Notes: a model not told the origin generated them from the sequence alone. A stretch of 64,000 bases of DNA from Eledone cirrhosa (GCA_964016885.1 OZ024743.1:105214001-105278000), one strand, 5' to 3'; positions 1-12,692 are shown, counted from the stretch's first letter. Made by a program: numbers and translations.

Positions 1-1495
1 TAGAATATCAGCTTTTTGTACCAGTAGCCGACAATCATATCTCTTCCTGGTGTTTTCTTATCTTGGAGTTGTCCTATCGCAGTCTCAAGGGTACCCTCAC
101 TTATTTCGTATGTTTCTGTTGTAGTGTAGGAGTAATAGTTCTTTCGGATTTCTCTTAGCGACACTGCATCTTGGTTGAAATTCTTCTTTTCACCCCATAT
201 TTTTCTCCAAAAGGAATCTATGTCTTTCTGGGATGGGGCCTCAGTGACACTTATTATTTTGTTTTTCATATCTCTATAGACTGATGTTTGGTTTCGTCTG
301 AATCTTTTATTAAGCACTTTTCTCTCATCTACCTTCTTCAGGTATCGGCGTTTTTCGCTAACAGCTCTCAATTCTTGTTTGAGGGTGATCAGCTTATATT
401 GAAGAGTTCTGGTTCTACTGTTACCAAACATCGTTTCTATTTTATTTTTCACTCTTTGTTGGTGAGGAGTGAGGTTTTTTTGTGTTTTTTTTTGCATGTA
501 AGGAACATTGTCACATATCCTATGGTTTTTCGTAGATCAACAATCTTGTTTTCTATTTTAGTTATATATGATGGTATTTTTGCCAAAATGTTGGGGTTTT
601 TATCCGTCGTAAATATTCATCCCCTATTTCGTCAATAACACGTAATATTTCATTATTTGTTTTTTTATTAAACATTGTCGTTTTAACACGTTCAACAAGA
701 GATATATATATATGCATGAATTAATTTCTCTCTGGAAGATTTCGTTGAGGGAAATTTTCAATTGTTTAGACTTTTGATTATTATCATTATCGATAGTATT
801 TTCCACAACAGTCGAGGTAGACTTAGATGGTACACGTGGTGTCAAGTTTCTTACAAGCATAGTTGTTTCAAGGCGCTGTTCGACCTGGCTGCTAGGAAGT
901 CTAGTAGCATGGCGACCTGTAGCACGTGTTGTTGATAACGTGTTTGTTGTGGAGGACTTACAATTAATAATATTTATCTTATCTTTACGTTCAACAAACG
1001 TCGCTTGTTGGCGTAATTGTTTCGCTGTTAAATAATTTAGCTCTGGGTGTATTTCGTCCCAGAGTAGCTTCATTCTGTTCATATAGCCAATGGAGGGATT
1101 GTTTTTTGCCATTTTATAATAATTAAATAAATCATTATTAAGTTCGCAAGTCCAAGAGAAATGCGATTTATAATTTCGGTTTCTTCTGTAGCTACAACTG
1201 AATAAAGTTTGCTTACCTTTCTTGTTGGTTGTCTTCGGTACTTCCTTAATTTTGTTATTGATGTTGGGTTCAGCCATGCTGTTTCTAGCAACTCCTTGTA
1301 AAATGAATTATGTATTTAGTCGGATATCTCTACGAATTCGAATAAAAAGTGTCTTCAGAAGATATAGTTAGAAGAATAACCGTGTTATTCAACATGACTG
1401 CAGTTGTGGCATTACTGTCGGAGATAGTATTGATCTTAAATTTAATAAATAGTCTCCCACGCCAAAATATGCCACTGATCGCGTTGACTGTATAG
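1..1495 (-). mobile_element. 5' part of an R4/Dong-type (RLE) non-LTR retrotransposon, degenerate, runs off the left edge
   Basis: ORF 624-1277 (FSWTCELNNDLFNYY..NPSIGYMNRMKLLW..QLRQQA) parallels the N-terminus of the element at 57685-59919 (NWTKELNRTVMQCY..DPKERGYRRRMHNIW..KLAGQA). The 5' end abuts (TACA)n. Confidence 0.75.
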
Positions 1496-1581
1496 TGTAT
1501 GTATGTATGTATGTATGTATGTATGTATGTATGTATGTATGTATGTATGTATGTATGTATGTATGTATGTATGTATGTATG
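1496..1581. repeat. (TGTA)n microsatellite
   Basis: Tetranucleotide run seen directly. Confidence 0.97.
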
Positions 1582-1989
1582 TTCTTCTGGTTTATAATTT
1601 CACAAAGTTTTACCAATAGAGAGAGAGTCGGTTCCTAACATAGACACAAGCATCTCTCATTGGATTTTACACAAATATCAACTAGGTAGGTATGTATGTA
1701 TGCATGCATGTATTTGCTCTGGAACCCTAACTCCAGCCTGACTGGGAGTGGGAGGCTGTCATTCCCTGACGTTGTCTCTGGGGATGCGGGAATCAGTGGA
1801 CAGGACCTGGGGGCAGCGATGGGGGACAGGGAATTCTGGGGCATGAGAGTGAGATCCATCATCTCGACAGTAGTCGACGAATGATGATGATGATGGATGT
1901 TATTGTATGTGTGGATGTGTATGTTTTGAGTTGTATGTGTGCATTTGTATATGCTTTGCTTCTGAACATGTGTATATGCAGTTATTAGA

Positions 1990-3240
1990 TGCAACAATTT
2001 TGGAATGTTTTACATATTTTTACTGTTCCATTAATGGATTATACTTGTAATTTCCTAACTAGTTGTGTTCTTTCTGTTCCTGTGAAGCCTAGCTTCTCAA
2101 GATTTGTATTGAGGCAGTTACTAAACATACCCCAGTGCCCCAACAATCACAGGCATACATTTGAAGGTGTAATTAGGGTGGAGTATCTGCAGATTTCTCA
2201 TCAGTTTTGCATAAATATTCTCCTTTTCACTAATCTTTGATATTATACTGGCATCTGCTGGGCAGCTAACTTCCACTACAGTGCATGCTTTCTTCTCCCT
2301 GTCCCATATCATATCTGGTCTGTTATGCCTGCATTTATTGGGGTTTTTACTGGAACGTTCCACCAGTACTCTTTCATATTATGTACATGGATATCTTCCA
2401 GATTGCTGTAGCTTTTAATGTGTTTATTATCGGGGCTATCTTTTTTACGAACTCCATTGTACAGTGTTTTGGCCACTACATCATGCCTGATGACATATTT
2501 GGGCAGCTGCTGATGACATGGGTGATATCCTCGGTGTTAGTTCTGCCGAGTCTACACATGTTATCACATCTAGGTGTTTTGCCTGCATCCCTATCTCTTT
2601 TGTGAATCAGGTATTTCGTGTTAATCTCCTGTTCCTGGGAGCCAATATAGCGGTTGTTGGTGAAAGATAGACTATTTTCCTTATATATATTACTCTCACT
2701 CTGGAGCTTGCTGGCAACATATCCATGCATAATTTTTTTGCTGATAAGCATGCAGAATTTCATCCATGGATTCACTACGATACTGCTGAGCGACTTCCCT
2801 GGGTGTGAGTTTTTGATTATCACACAGAATATCTCTCGAGGAGTTCCTTCCCAACTCTCATGATCTTATCTGTTTCATGCAGATAGACTTGCTCAAGAAA
2901 CGGGCTCCTACGCTTCGAGGTTCGTAGATATTGTCGGAGAGATATGATGCGACATTCAAATGTTGTCTGGACTGATGTTAGGCCTCTGCCTCCCTACTTA
3001 CGTTTCAAGTAAAGGCGATTTATTGCACTGTTGATGTGAAAATTTCCGGTGTTGTTTAGTATTTTTCGAGTTCCAACATCAACTGCTCGGATTTCGTCTA
3101 TCGACCAATTGCGTATTCCAAACTTTGGTGTTAGGACAGGCACAGCAAACACATTGTGAGCCACTGTTTTGTTTTGCGCAGAGAGTTCCGATGACCAGAT
3201 CTTTCTTAATCGGGCGTAGTATTCCCTGGTTACGCGTTCT
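1990..3240 (-). mobile_element. 5'-truncated R4/Dong-type LINE: RT thumb, CCHC finger and RLE endonuclease, pseudogenised
   Basis: Minus-strand translation gives [69 protein letters not shown] and PVIVGALG. The 5' break abuts (TACA)n. Confidence 0.9.
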
Positions 3241-3470
3241 TATGTATGTATGTATGTATGTATGTATGTATGTATGTATGTATGTATGTATGTATGTATG
3301 TATGTATGTGTGTATGTATGTATGTATGTATGCATGCATGTATGTATGTATGTATGTATGTATGTATGTATGTATGTATGTATGTATGTAGGTAGGTATG
3401 ATTGTATGTGTGTATGTATGTAGGTATGATTGTATGTATGTGTATATATATATATATATGCACACACACG

Positions 3471-3520
<50 letters not shown>

Positions 3521-3523
3521 CAC

Positions 3524-3560
<37 letters not shown>
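3241..3560. repeat. compound (TATG)n/(TA)n microsatellite
   Basis: Seen directly. Confidence 0.95.
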
Positions 3561-3563
<3 letters not shown>

Positions 3564-3569
3564 TTTCTT

Positions 3570-4660
3570 ATAGCTGCCGATCATTGAGTCTTAGAGCTGC
3601 CGATTATTGAGTCGTTTGTGATACAGGCTTTCCCGCAACTTGTCTCGCTGGCGGAGCTGCAGTCCTGGGTTAAGCGCAGACCGAAAAAGATAGGCGCCTG
3701 GCACATTAAATGTGCTCAGGCGCTCACAGTCCTCTGACAAGCGGGCACGGCAATCAGTGGAGACTCCACTTCGACATTCCATATAGGGTTAGCACGTCAC
3801 AAGGGCGACGACGTGCTCGGAGAGACTCTAGGCGTCGAAGACGACGAGCTCACCAGTCTGTTTGGTAGGACGTTCCACCTGGGACCTATGGACAACTTCC
3901 AGAGGTCCCTGGCCTGGCAGTGCTACCGAGGAACTCTACCAGTTCGAGCTAAGACCTACAGGCGCGGACGCCCCAGCAGGGATCCTTCCAAGAGGACGTG
4001 TCCAAGATGCGAGCAGGGCATTGAAACCGTCTTGCACGCAATTGTACACTTGTACACTGCCCGAGCGTAACTGACCTGTGGAACTACGCAGAACAACTGC
4101 TGTCGCATATGGGACAAATCCAGTTGACTGCCGACTCCATAATAAGGATCAAACTGCCAACCTCTTTAAAAAACGAGAGAGAGGCGGTTTCCTCTGTATA
4201 GTGGCTATGGTGAAAGAGGTTATATGGTGGACGCGATTGAGAGGACTGAGGACAGATGCCTTTCTCTCCGGTCAACAATTGATTCCCTTCTTTAAGTATC
4301 ACTTTAGAAGGAGAATCAGAGTGAAGAGAGAGGCATTGCACCCCAGCAAATTTACTTAAAGGTGGGTGAATGTAGCAAAAACGAACCGAGTGATTGGGCA
4401 TTCTCTGTATATAAACCTGTAGGTTGAAGAAGAGAGCAAAAGGAAGAAAGGAGCACTTGCACGACACACTCCTGAAGTTGAGGGTTGTTCTATCGACGGC
4501 GTTTTAAACAACCCATTTTTGGCGCCTCCCCCCTATTGGGGATTTCGATTGTTAAATTTGTTTGTTTTTTATATTTTTACATGACTGTATGTAAAATCCC
4601 CGGCATGTGTCTTTGTCTTGTCCCCTTTTCTTGTGCGCCCTTGTGGCAAATAAAGAAACA
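3570..4660 (+). mobile_element. 3' fragment of an L1/Tx1-type LINE (ORF2 C-terminal Cys-rich domain and 3' UTR)
   Basis: FQRSLAWQCYRGTLPV..CPRCEQGIETVLHAIV..C is a zf-RVT-like motif. GC-rich like the element at 60.4-64 kb. Ends GGCAAATAAAGAAACA. Confidence 0.85.
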
Positions 4661-4849
4661 TATCTATCCAACCAACTACCAATGTAGCTAAATAATAGGA
4701 AATTCTACTAAGACCCGAAATAGATCATAGCTATCAACACTACACAATTGATGACTATCAGCATATTGTTACGGAAATAATGATAATAAAGTAATAAGAA
4801 GGATAACATAGAGGAAGAATTAGTCCAAGAAAAAGTAGTAGCATAATAA

Positions 4850-5206
4850 TAATTGGTTCTACTTTAGGCACAAGGCCAGCAATTTGAAGGGGAGAGGAAA
4901 GTTGAATAAATCAACCCCAGTGCGTGACTGATACTTTATTTTACCGACCCCCGTAAGGAACTCAGAATGTAAAAAGTTCGTAATAATGGTTTCTTATATA
5001 GGCACAAGGCCAGCAATTTTGTGGAAGGGGAAAGTCGATTAAATCGACTCCAGTGCGTGACTGGTACTTTTATTTTATCGATCCCGTAATGATGAAAGGC
5101 AAAGTTAACCTCGGTGGGATTTGAACTGAGATCATAAAGCGCCGTAACTCTATGTTACAAAGCATGGCGTCCGACCCTCTACTGATACTGCCAATCTACT
5201 GCCCTC
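4850..5206 (-). mobile_element. two tRNA-derived SINE copies (one partial, one full)
   Basis: Matches the window SINE consensus: A-box-like TGGCAGTATCGG, B-box GAGTTCAAATCC, central GCCTTTCATCCTTACGGGGTCGATAAAATAAAGTACCAG (resembles the Meta/MESC domain, from recollection) and tail CCTTGTGCCAAAAGTAGAAACA(ATT)n. Confidence 0.9.
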
Positions 5207-5528
5207 AAAGGTCGTAATAACAATAGTGAAATAAATCAACGAAACAATAGTAAATATATCCAGAAAACGAAGAAGAATATGTTAGACAAGAACCAACGAG
5301 TCCTAGCAAAAATATATTTTATTTATGGATTGTCCCTATCAAATAAATTTCTTTGTTAACACTGGAACTATGTGCGAAAAATGCAACAAGTTTAAAAACA
5401 GTTACAACACAACACGGTGAGGTTTATAACCTAAACGAAAGGAAGAACAAAACAAACAAACAACAAAAAAGGAATAGTGACACTTGTAAGTAACATATAA
5501 TTTATTGATTGTATTATAGGTACTTATG

Positions 5529-5720
5529 AAGGCAGTGGATTGGCAGTATCGGTAGAGCGTCAGACACCATGCTTACAGCATAGAGTTATGGCCCTTTACG
5601 TTCTGAGTTCACATCCTTACGGGGTCGATAAAATAAAATACCAGTAATGCATTGGAGATGATTTAATCCAATTTCCCTTACCCTTCAAATTGCCTTGTGC
5701 CTAAAGTAGAAACAATTATA
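5529..5720 (+). mobile_element. tRNA-derived SINE, internally deleted
   Basis: Same consensus, plus strand. Confidence 0.9.
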
Positions 5721-5934
5721 GTTGCTTATATTATAAACATAGCGAAATACGTATACAAAGAGATCATATAGAAGGACGGATGTTAATTCTAAGAGCCGAG
5801 AGAGAAGGGTTTCTAGCTGCAGCACAAGACCAAAGCCCCCCCCCCCCCCCCAACTGAATTTAACAGAAGTACATAATGGTGCAGAACATAGAAAGTAACT
5901 GTAGAATATGTGGGGAAGAAACAATTAACCACAC

Positions 5935-6520
5935 TATCTATGGCTGCCCAGTTTTAGATAAAAGGAATAAATCCATAGAACTGATAGAGTAGGGACTGGA
6001 TCTGGAAATTATGACAATATTACGAAATACCAACAGACAAGAGATGGTACAGGCACACACAAGAAAAGGTATCAGAGAATGACAAAGCAACCATTCTCTG
6101 GGATATGCAAATACATACAGACAGCGAAATGAAAGCCAACCAATCATGTATTATAATCAAAGATTACAAAGAAAAAATGTCTTCTAATTGATGTATCAAT
6201 TCCCACAGACGACAATATATCTATTAAGGAAATGGAGAAACTATCCAAATATAAAAATCTAGAGATAGCAATAAACCGAGTGTGGATGATGAAGACAGAA
6301 TTAGTAACTATAATGATAGGTTCTGGGAATAATAAACTAAAACATTGACAGATACGTAGCCAAAGCTCTAGGACTTACAAATATATGAAGCATACAAGGC
6401 GCCGCACACATTAACGAGAGTACACTTAATGCAATAGAAACAACAAAACCAACAAACACACTGCACATACCCAAATCGCATGGAGCTGCGCTCGGTAATA
6501 TAGTAATAATGTGCAAAATA
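5935..6520 (+). mobile_element. R4/Dong-type LINE 3' fragment (RLE domain), degenerate
   Basis: Translates as ATILWDMQIHTDSEMKANQ..CLLIDVSIPTDDNISIKEMEKLSKYKNLEIAINRVW, homologous to ORF 54945-55355. Confidence 0.85.
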
Positions 6521-6544
6521 ATAATGATGATGATGATGATCATA

Positions 6545-7700
6545 ATTGTTTCTACTTTAGGAACAAGGCCAGCAATTACCCAGTGCATTACTGGTACTTT
6601 ATTTTATCGACCCCGTAAGGATGAAAGGCAAAGTCAACCTCGGCGGGATTTGAACTCAGATCGTAAAGGGACGTAACTATGCTGGAAAGCATGGCGTCCG
6701 ACCCTCTACCGATACTGCCAATCCACCGCCTTGATGATGATGATAATAATAGTAATAATAATTGTTTCTACTTTTGGTACAAGGCCAACAATTATCCCAG
6801 TGCATTACTGGTCCTTCATTTTATCGGTTATGCACTGGGATAATTGCTGGCCTTGTGCCAATGATAGTAATAATAATGATAACTATTTCTGATTCCGGCA
6901 CAAGGCCAACGACTTTGGCGAGCGGAAAGTCGATTAAATTCTCTCCAGTACGTTATGGTACTTTATTTTATCGACCCTGTAAAGATGAAAGGCAAAGCTA
7001 ATCGCGGTGGGATTTAAACTCAGAATGTAAAGGGCTGTAACTCTATGCCACAAAGCATGTTGTTCGACGCTCTACCGACTCGGCAAATCCACCGCCCCTA
7101 TTATGATAATAATAATAATGTTTCTACTTTTGGCAGAAGGCCAGCAATTACCCCAGTGCATTACTGGTGCTTTATTTTATCGACCCTCGTAAGGATGAAA
7201 AGCAAAGTTAACCTGGCGGGAGTTGAACTCAGAACGTAAAGGGTGATAACTCTATGCTTCAAAGAATGCTGTCTGACGCTCTGCCGATACTGCCAAACTA
7301 CCACCCTATGATAATAATTGTTTCTACTTTTGGTACAAGGCCAGCAATTATCCAGTGCATTACTGGTACTTTATTTTATCGACCTCGTAAGGATGAAAGG
7401 CAAAGTTAACCTCGGCGGGATTTGAACTCAGAATGGCAAGGGCCGTAGCTCTATGCGTCAAAGCATGGCGTCCGATCTTCTACCGATACTGCCAATCCAC
7501 ATGCTAATATTGGTTTCTTATTTAGGCACAAGACCAGCAATTTGGGGAGGGGGACGATGAAATTGACCCCAGTGCGTGACTGGTACTTTATGTTATCGAC
7601 CCCCGTATGGATGAAAGGAAAAAGCCAACCTCGGCGGGATGTAAACTCAGAACGTAAAGGGCCATAACTCCATGGTGCAAAGCATGGCGTCTGCCGCTCA
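6545..7700 (-). mobile_element. head-to-tail cluster of about six SINE copies
   Basis: Copies at about 6545-6732, 6760-6861 (3' fragments), 6890-7100, 7115-7310, 7315-7500 and 7510-7700, separated by short (TAA/TGA)n tails. Confidence 0.92.
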
Positions 7701-7721
7701 AAGAGAAGAATAAATAGGGGA

Positions 7722-7900
7722 GAGAAGAAGAAGAAGAAGAAGAAGAAGAAGAAGAAGAAGAAGAAGAAGAAGAAGAAGAAGAAGAAACAATGGAGAGAGG
7801 GTTAAGAAGAAGAAACAGGGGAGAGAGAGAGAGAGACAGAGGAAGAGAGAGAGAGAGAGGGAGAGAGAGAGAGAGAGAGAGAAGAAAAAGAAGAAGAAGA
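7722..7900. repeat. (GAA)n and (GA)n microsatellites
   Basis: Seen directly. Confidence 0.95.
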
Positions 7901-8206
7901 CGAATACAGATGATAAAGATGAGGATGATGAAAACAGAGATAAACAAGTCCCGGCTAATTCAGCACATAAACAATATCGCTGTTAATCTGTGAATAATAT
8001 CGCCAAAGATTTAATGGTAAACAAAAGTAGCGTTTAACTCCCATTGTTATAGAAATTGAAAAGATCACGCTCCACAACTTGAAAGAAAATCTCATCATCC
8101 TGAAGGCAAACTGTCAGAATATGAAGTAGACACACATTCAAGTTTCTTGTTTATTGTAATTACGCTGTTCTTCTGCTGCGTTGTTTGTACACACAAACAC
8201 TCACAC

Positions 8207-8208
<2 letters not shown>

Positions 8209-8275
<67 letters not shown>

Positions 8276-8286
8276 CATATATGTGT

Positions 8287-8328
<42 letters not shown>

Positions 8329-8377
8329 ATATATATGTATATATATGTATATATATGTATATATATATATATATATA

Positions 8378-8434
<57 letters not shown>

Positions 8435-8559
8435 ATATATATATACACGCACACATATATATATATATATATACACATATATATAAATATATATATATGT
8501 ATATATATACGAGTACACACACATATATATATATATATACGTATACACACACACACACT

Positions 8560-8600
<41 letters not shown>

Positions 8601-8602
8601 TA
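8209..8602. repeat. compound (TA)n/(TG)n/(CA)n microsatellite
   Basis: Seen directly. Confidence 0.95.
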
Positions 8603-8924
8603 TTCACACCAACGCACGGACAGAATTATAAATTTATTTATTGACCCCAGTATACTACGTGATTTGATACTATTACTAAGAAAGTTTGAAAAGAAAAAGG
8701 GAAAGAACAAAGCAGAACAAAAACAAACAATTAAAAATACAATAACAATGGAAATAATAAAACTGGGATTTGTTTTCACTGAGTGTTATTGTTTCATATC
8801 AGTGTTGTTTGCTATTTGATAAGATCCCCGTCATATAGTAGATTGTAAATTAAAATGTTACAGTCTATCTATACATCTCCCTATGTAACTACCTAACTAT
8901 TTGTATGTAGTATGTATGTATGTA

Positions 8925-9483
8925 TGGTCGGGTCGGGTCGTTAGCGACTAAACTGGCAACCCCACCAAGGTTTCTTGGTGAGGAGGGTGACTTTGGACAT
9001 CCTGCAGGACTAAAAACAAAACCTGTCAAAAGACAAAGAAGCTCTTAAGAGTCAATGGCCATCGAAAATCACCGGGAGAGATGACCCCTCAGCCTTTGTC
9101 AAGGCAGAATTCTAGGAGAAGGAAAACTCTGATATAACACCTGCAACCCTGATGGTATCCAATGATGTTGACTTGTTCTTGTTTTTGGTAAATATCATCT
9201 TGTTTAAGAGAGTGGGACTGGCTTTGTGCAGTGCCTTTGCTCACTATAAAAGCTTCACGGCACAGGCATTGCTTTATATCTGTAGATCTCTCTGCACTTG
9301 TCGTCACATGGTACCAGGGGCCCAGCATTATGTGTCAATAATTGTCACAAGTGTAGTGTTTGTACCAGAGTTTTCAAGTCGCTGGCTGGACTAAAACGTC
9401 AAACTCGTTCAGCCCATCGGTAGGGTTTCTCCTACATGGATATAAAGTAGTGGCCGTACTCGAAAACGAGTTGGCAGCCACCA
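8925..9483 (+). mobile_element. non-autonomous retroelement of about 560 bp with RTE-like ends, copy 1
   Basis: Highly similar to 10898-11451 and 23122-23672. Carries GGAGAAGGAAAACTCTGA (RTE 5'UTR-like) and a 3' C2H2 finger remnant. Followed by (TATG)n. Confidence 0.8.
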
Positions 9484-9509
9484 TGTATGTATGTATGTAT
9501 GTATGTATG

Positions 9510-10797
9510 TTAACTCTTTCTCTTAATTTCGACTGGTCACCTTTTTGACCTTCCACCTTCCTGGTGGCAAGGTTGTAAAAGAAAAGAAATTGTCATCCCT
9601 TGAATCGCAAGAATGTTTTGCAAATGTTGAAGGTTCCAGCTATCGCAGCCATTTGTAGACTATGAATTAGGGAGCTGCGCTTTTTGTCCGCAAATCCAAG
9701 TTCAGTCATACTTTGGATACTGGATTTGTAAAATCCTCATCAATGGTCCGTAGATGTCCTCCTTATCCTGTATTTTTCTGACAACGTTTACACAGGTGGG
9801 CAGCTGATCTCCACAACAGAACACGTTTTCAATGTGTTGTCCCAAACAACAATATCAGGCCGGTTGTGCTTTAATTTGGTGGCAGTTTTTATTTTCAGGT
9901 TCCACCAGTATTCCTTAGTGCCATATGTCTCAATATATTCTTCCTCGTTTGTTGTTAATTTTGTTTCCCGAAGTGCGTTCCAGATGGTTCTAGCTATCCC
10001 ATCGTGTCTCATGGGGAGGTAGTAGCGAGATGTCATTCTTTCGCAGCTGGCAACAATGGGGCTTACATCCTCGATCTTTGTTTTACATAGCCTACATTTA
10101 TTGTCAGCTGCTGGCCCTCCCCTTTTGTGCAGCAGATATTTAGTAGGGAGTTCTTGTTCCTGTATTGCATAGAGATATCCCTCAAGGTGTGATGTCATAA
10201 ACTTGTCGGAACTCCATGCCAGGCTTTTTGAGTGGTTTATCCCCTCTAGTGTCTGTGTTTTACGTCTCAAGTATCCATGCACAGCCTTTTCTGTAAATTG
10301 GTCAATTTTTTCATCTTGTTTGAACATTGAATAGGATCTTCCGATTTCTCTGGGTGAGAGATTTATATCAGGCTTTATTCAATATCTCTCCTCCAGATCA
10401 GTCGCTATCCTAATGATATTTTTTTTCATGCTCATAAACCTGGGCAAGATGGTTGCCAACCCTTTTCCTCTATTGAAGGTGTTGCTTCAGTGTTACTATC
10501 CGGGTCTCATATGTTGTTAATATGGATTTTAGACCCCGGCCACCTTCCTTGCGTGAGAAGTATAGCCTATCCACATCACCCTTGATGTTAAAGTTCCCAG
10601 TAACACTGAGAAGTTTGCGAGTTCTAACATCCATCTCACTTAGTTCTTGCAATGACCAGTTCAGCAGGTCAAATGTTGGCGTTAGAATTGGCACAGCATA
10701 GGTATTGTGGGCAATGTATTTGTTGTACGCTGATAGTTCTGATGACCATATTTTCTTTACTCTTCTGAGGTATTCAGTTCTGCTTCTCTCCTTATTT
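9510..10797 (-). mobile_element. 5'-truncated R4/Dong-type LINE (RT thumb, CCHC, RLE) in (TACA)n
   Basis: ORFs 10470-10694 (DRLYFSRKEGGRGL) and 9788-10327 (CRLCKTKIEDVSPIVASC..RHD..HNRPDIVVWD..VEISCP). (TATG)n on both sides. Confidence 0.92.
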
Positions 10798-10842
10798 GTA
10801 TGTATGTATGCATGTATGTATGTATGTATGTATGACTTGTAT

Positions 10843-11451
10843 GTCAGGTCACCAGTTGGTGCTACTGGTTACATGTATTCCAGTACAACCCGTCCCATGG
10901 TCGGGTCGTTGGCGACTAAACTGGCAACCCCACCAAGGTTTCTTGGTGAGGAGGGTGACTTTGGACATCCTGCAGGACTAAAAACAAAACCTGTCAAAGG
11001 GCAAACGAGCTTTTAAGAGTCAATGGCCATCCAAAATCACCGGGAGAGATGACCCCTCAGCCTTTGTCAAGGCAGAATTCTAGGAGAAGGAAAACTCTAA
11101 TATAACACCTGCAACCCTGACGGTATCCAATGATGTTGACTTGTTCTTGTTTTTGGTAAATATCATCTTGGTTAAGAGAGTGGGACTGGCTTTGTGCAGT
11201 GCCTTTGCTCACTATAAAAGCTTCACGGCACAGGCATTGCTTTATATCTGGAAAACTCTCTGCACTTGTCGTCACATGGTACCAGGGGCCCAGCACGATG
11301 TGTCAATAGTTATCACAAGTGTAGTGTTTGTACCAGAGTTCTCAAGTCGCTGGCTGGACTAAAAAGTCAAACTCGTTCAGCGCATCAGTAGGGTTTCTCC
11401 TACATGGATATAAAGTAGTGGCCGTACTCGAAAACGAGTTGGCAGCCACCA
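10843..11451 (+). mobile_element. non-autonomous element with RTE-like ends, copy 2 (longest 5' end)
   Basis: Same as copy 1 plus about 55 bp of extra 5' sequence. Confidence 0.8.
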
Positions 11452-11709
11452 TGTATGTATGCAAGCATTCACTTATGCATGCACGTATGTATGCACGTAT
11501 ATATGCATGTATGTAAGTAATGTGTATATTTGTGTGTGTGTATATATGTGTGTGTGTATATCGGTATGTATGTATGCATTTATGTATCCATGTAAATATA
11601 TATATATATGTGTGTGTGTGTATATATATACACCAACATACAGGCATATATGGATATATATTTATGCATACATATTCATAAGCTCATATATATTTATACA
11701 CATATACAA

Positions 11710-11762
11710 TACACACACACACACACACGCACACACACACACTCACTCACACACACACACAC

Positions 11763-11832
<70 letters not shown>

Positions 11833-12038
11833 GTATGCCTCCCGACACTCTCGCTCGTTTTCTATCTCTCTCTACACACACATATATACCTACGCACACA
11901 CACGCACACATCCGCGCGCGCGCGCACACATACACACATACACACATACACACACACGCACACGCACACACAGACACACGCACACACACACAGGCGCGCG
12001 CGCATATATATATATATATATATATAATTATATATATA
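11710..12038. repeat. (CA)n/(TA)n/(CG)n compound microsatellite
   Basis: Seen directly. Confidence 0.95.
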
Positions 12039-12509
12039 GTGTTGTGTAGATTGCATAAAAATATTTTATATCCAATGTTGTCAGAGCTCTCAGTCCGTGG
12101 GACGAGGTATGCTATACAGATTAGGTTAAATTCCCAACTTTTTCCTCTGTCGAATACGCATGTTTGGCTGGGGAATTATTTCAGCAACTTGTTAGTCCGT
12201 CATCTTTGAGATGTATGTTGTCAGGAATAGAGATCTAATAGAGAAATCTTATGGCAGGGGTGAACACATGAGGGTTCGGTAGTTAGCTTTATAAGGAATC
12301 GATAACTCTGACTGAGAATTGTGCAGAAGATAATTAGGGTTGGGGAATATATTTTGTGTGCTGAAAAGACACAGGTGTATTTAGCTAAAAGGTTTCTTGG
12401 GTGGTAGATAGATATTATAAAGTTTAGAGTTACATAGAACGAGTGGTCCCTTTTTCTTTATTTGCTGTGTTAGAACTATATAATAGAGATGAACATTTAA
12501 TAATTTTTT

Positions 12510-12692
12510 TTTACTTTTGGCACAATGGCAGCAATTACCCAGTGCATTACTGGTACTTTATTTTATCGCCCCCCGTAAGGATGAAAGGTAAAGTTAACCT
12601 CGGCGGGATTTGAACTCAGAATGACAAGGGCCGTAGCTCTATGAGTCAAAGCATGACGTCCGACCCTCTACCGATACTGCCAATCCACCGTC
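12510..12692 (-). mobile_element. tRNA-derived SINE
   Basis: Window SINE consensus. Confidence 0.9.

Noticed and set aside
6545-7700. Repeat array as CRISPR or tRNA genes
   Set aside because: Units are SINEs of about 190 bp with tRNA-like heads only; no spacer structure, cas genes or complete cloverleaf.
8095-8644. YI/HT/VC-repeat ORFs here and throughout
   Set aside because: Dinucleotide and tetranucleotide repeats lack stop codons; not genes.
8925-11451. Direct repeats flanking an RT fragment, resembling an LTR retrotransposon
   Set aside because: No TG..CA ends, PBS or PPT; the interior is an antisense non-LTR fragment separated by (TATG)n; a solo third copy exists.
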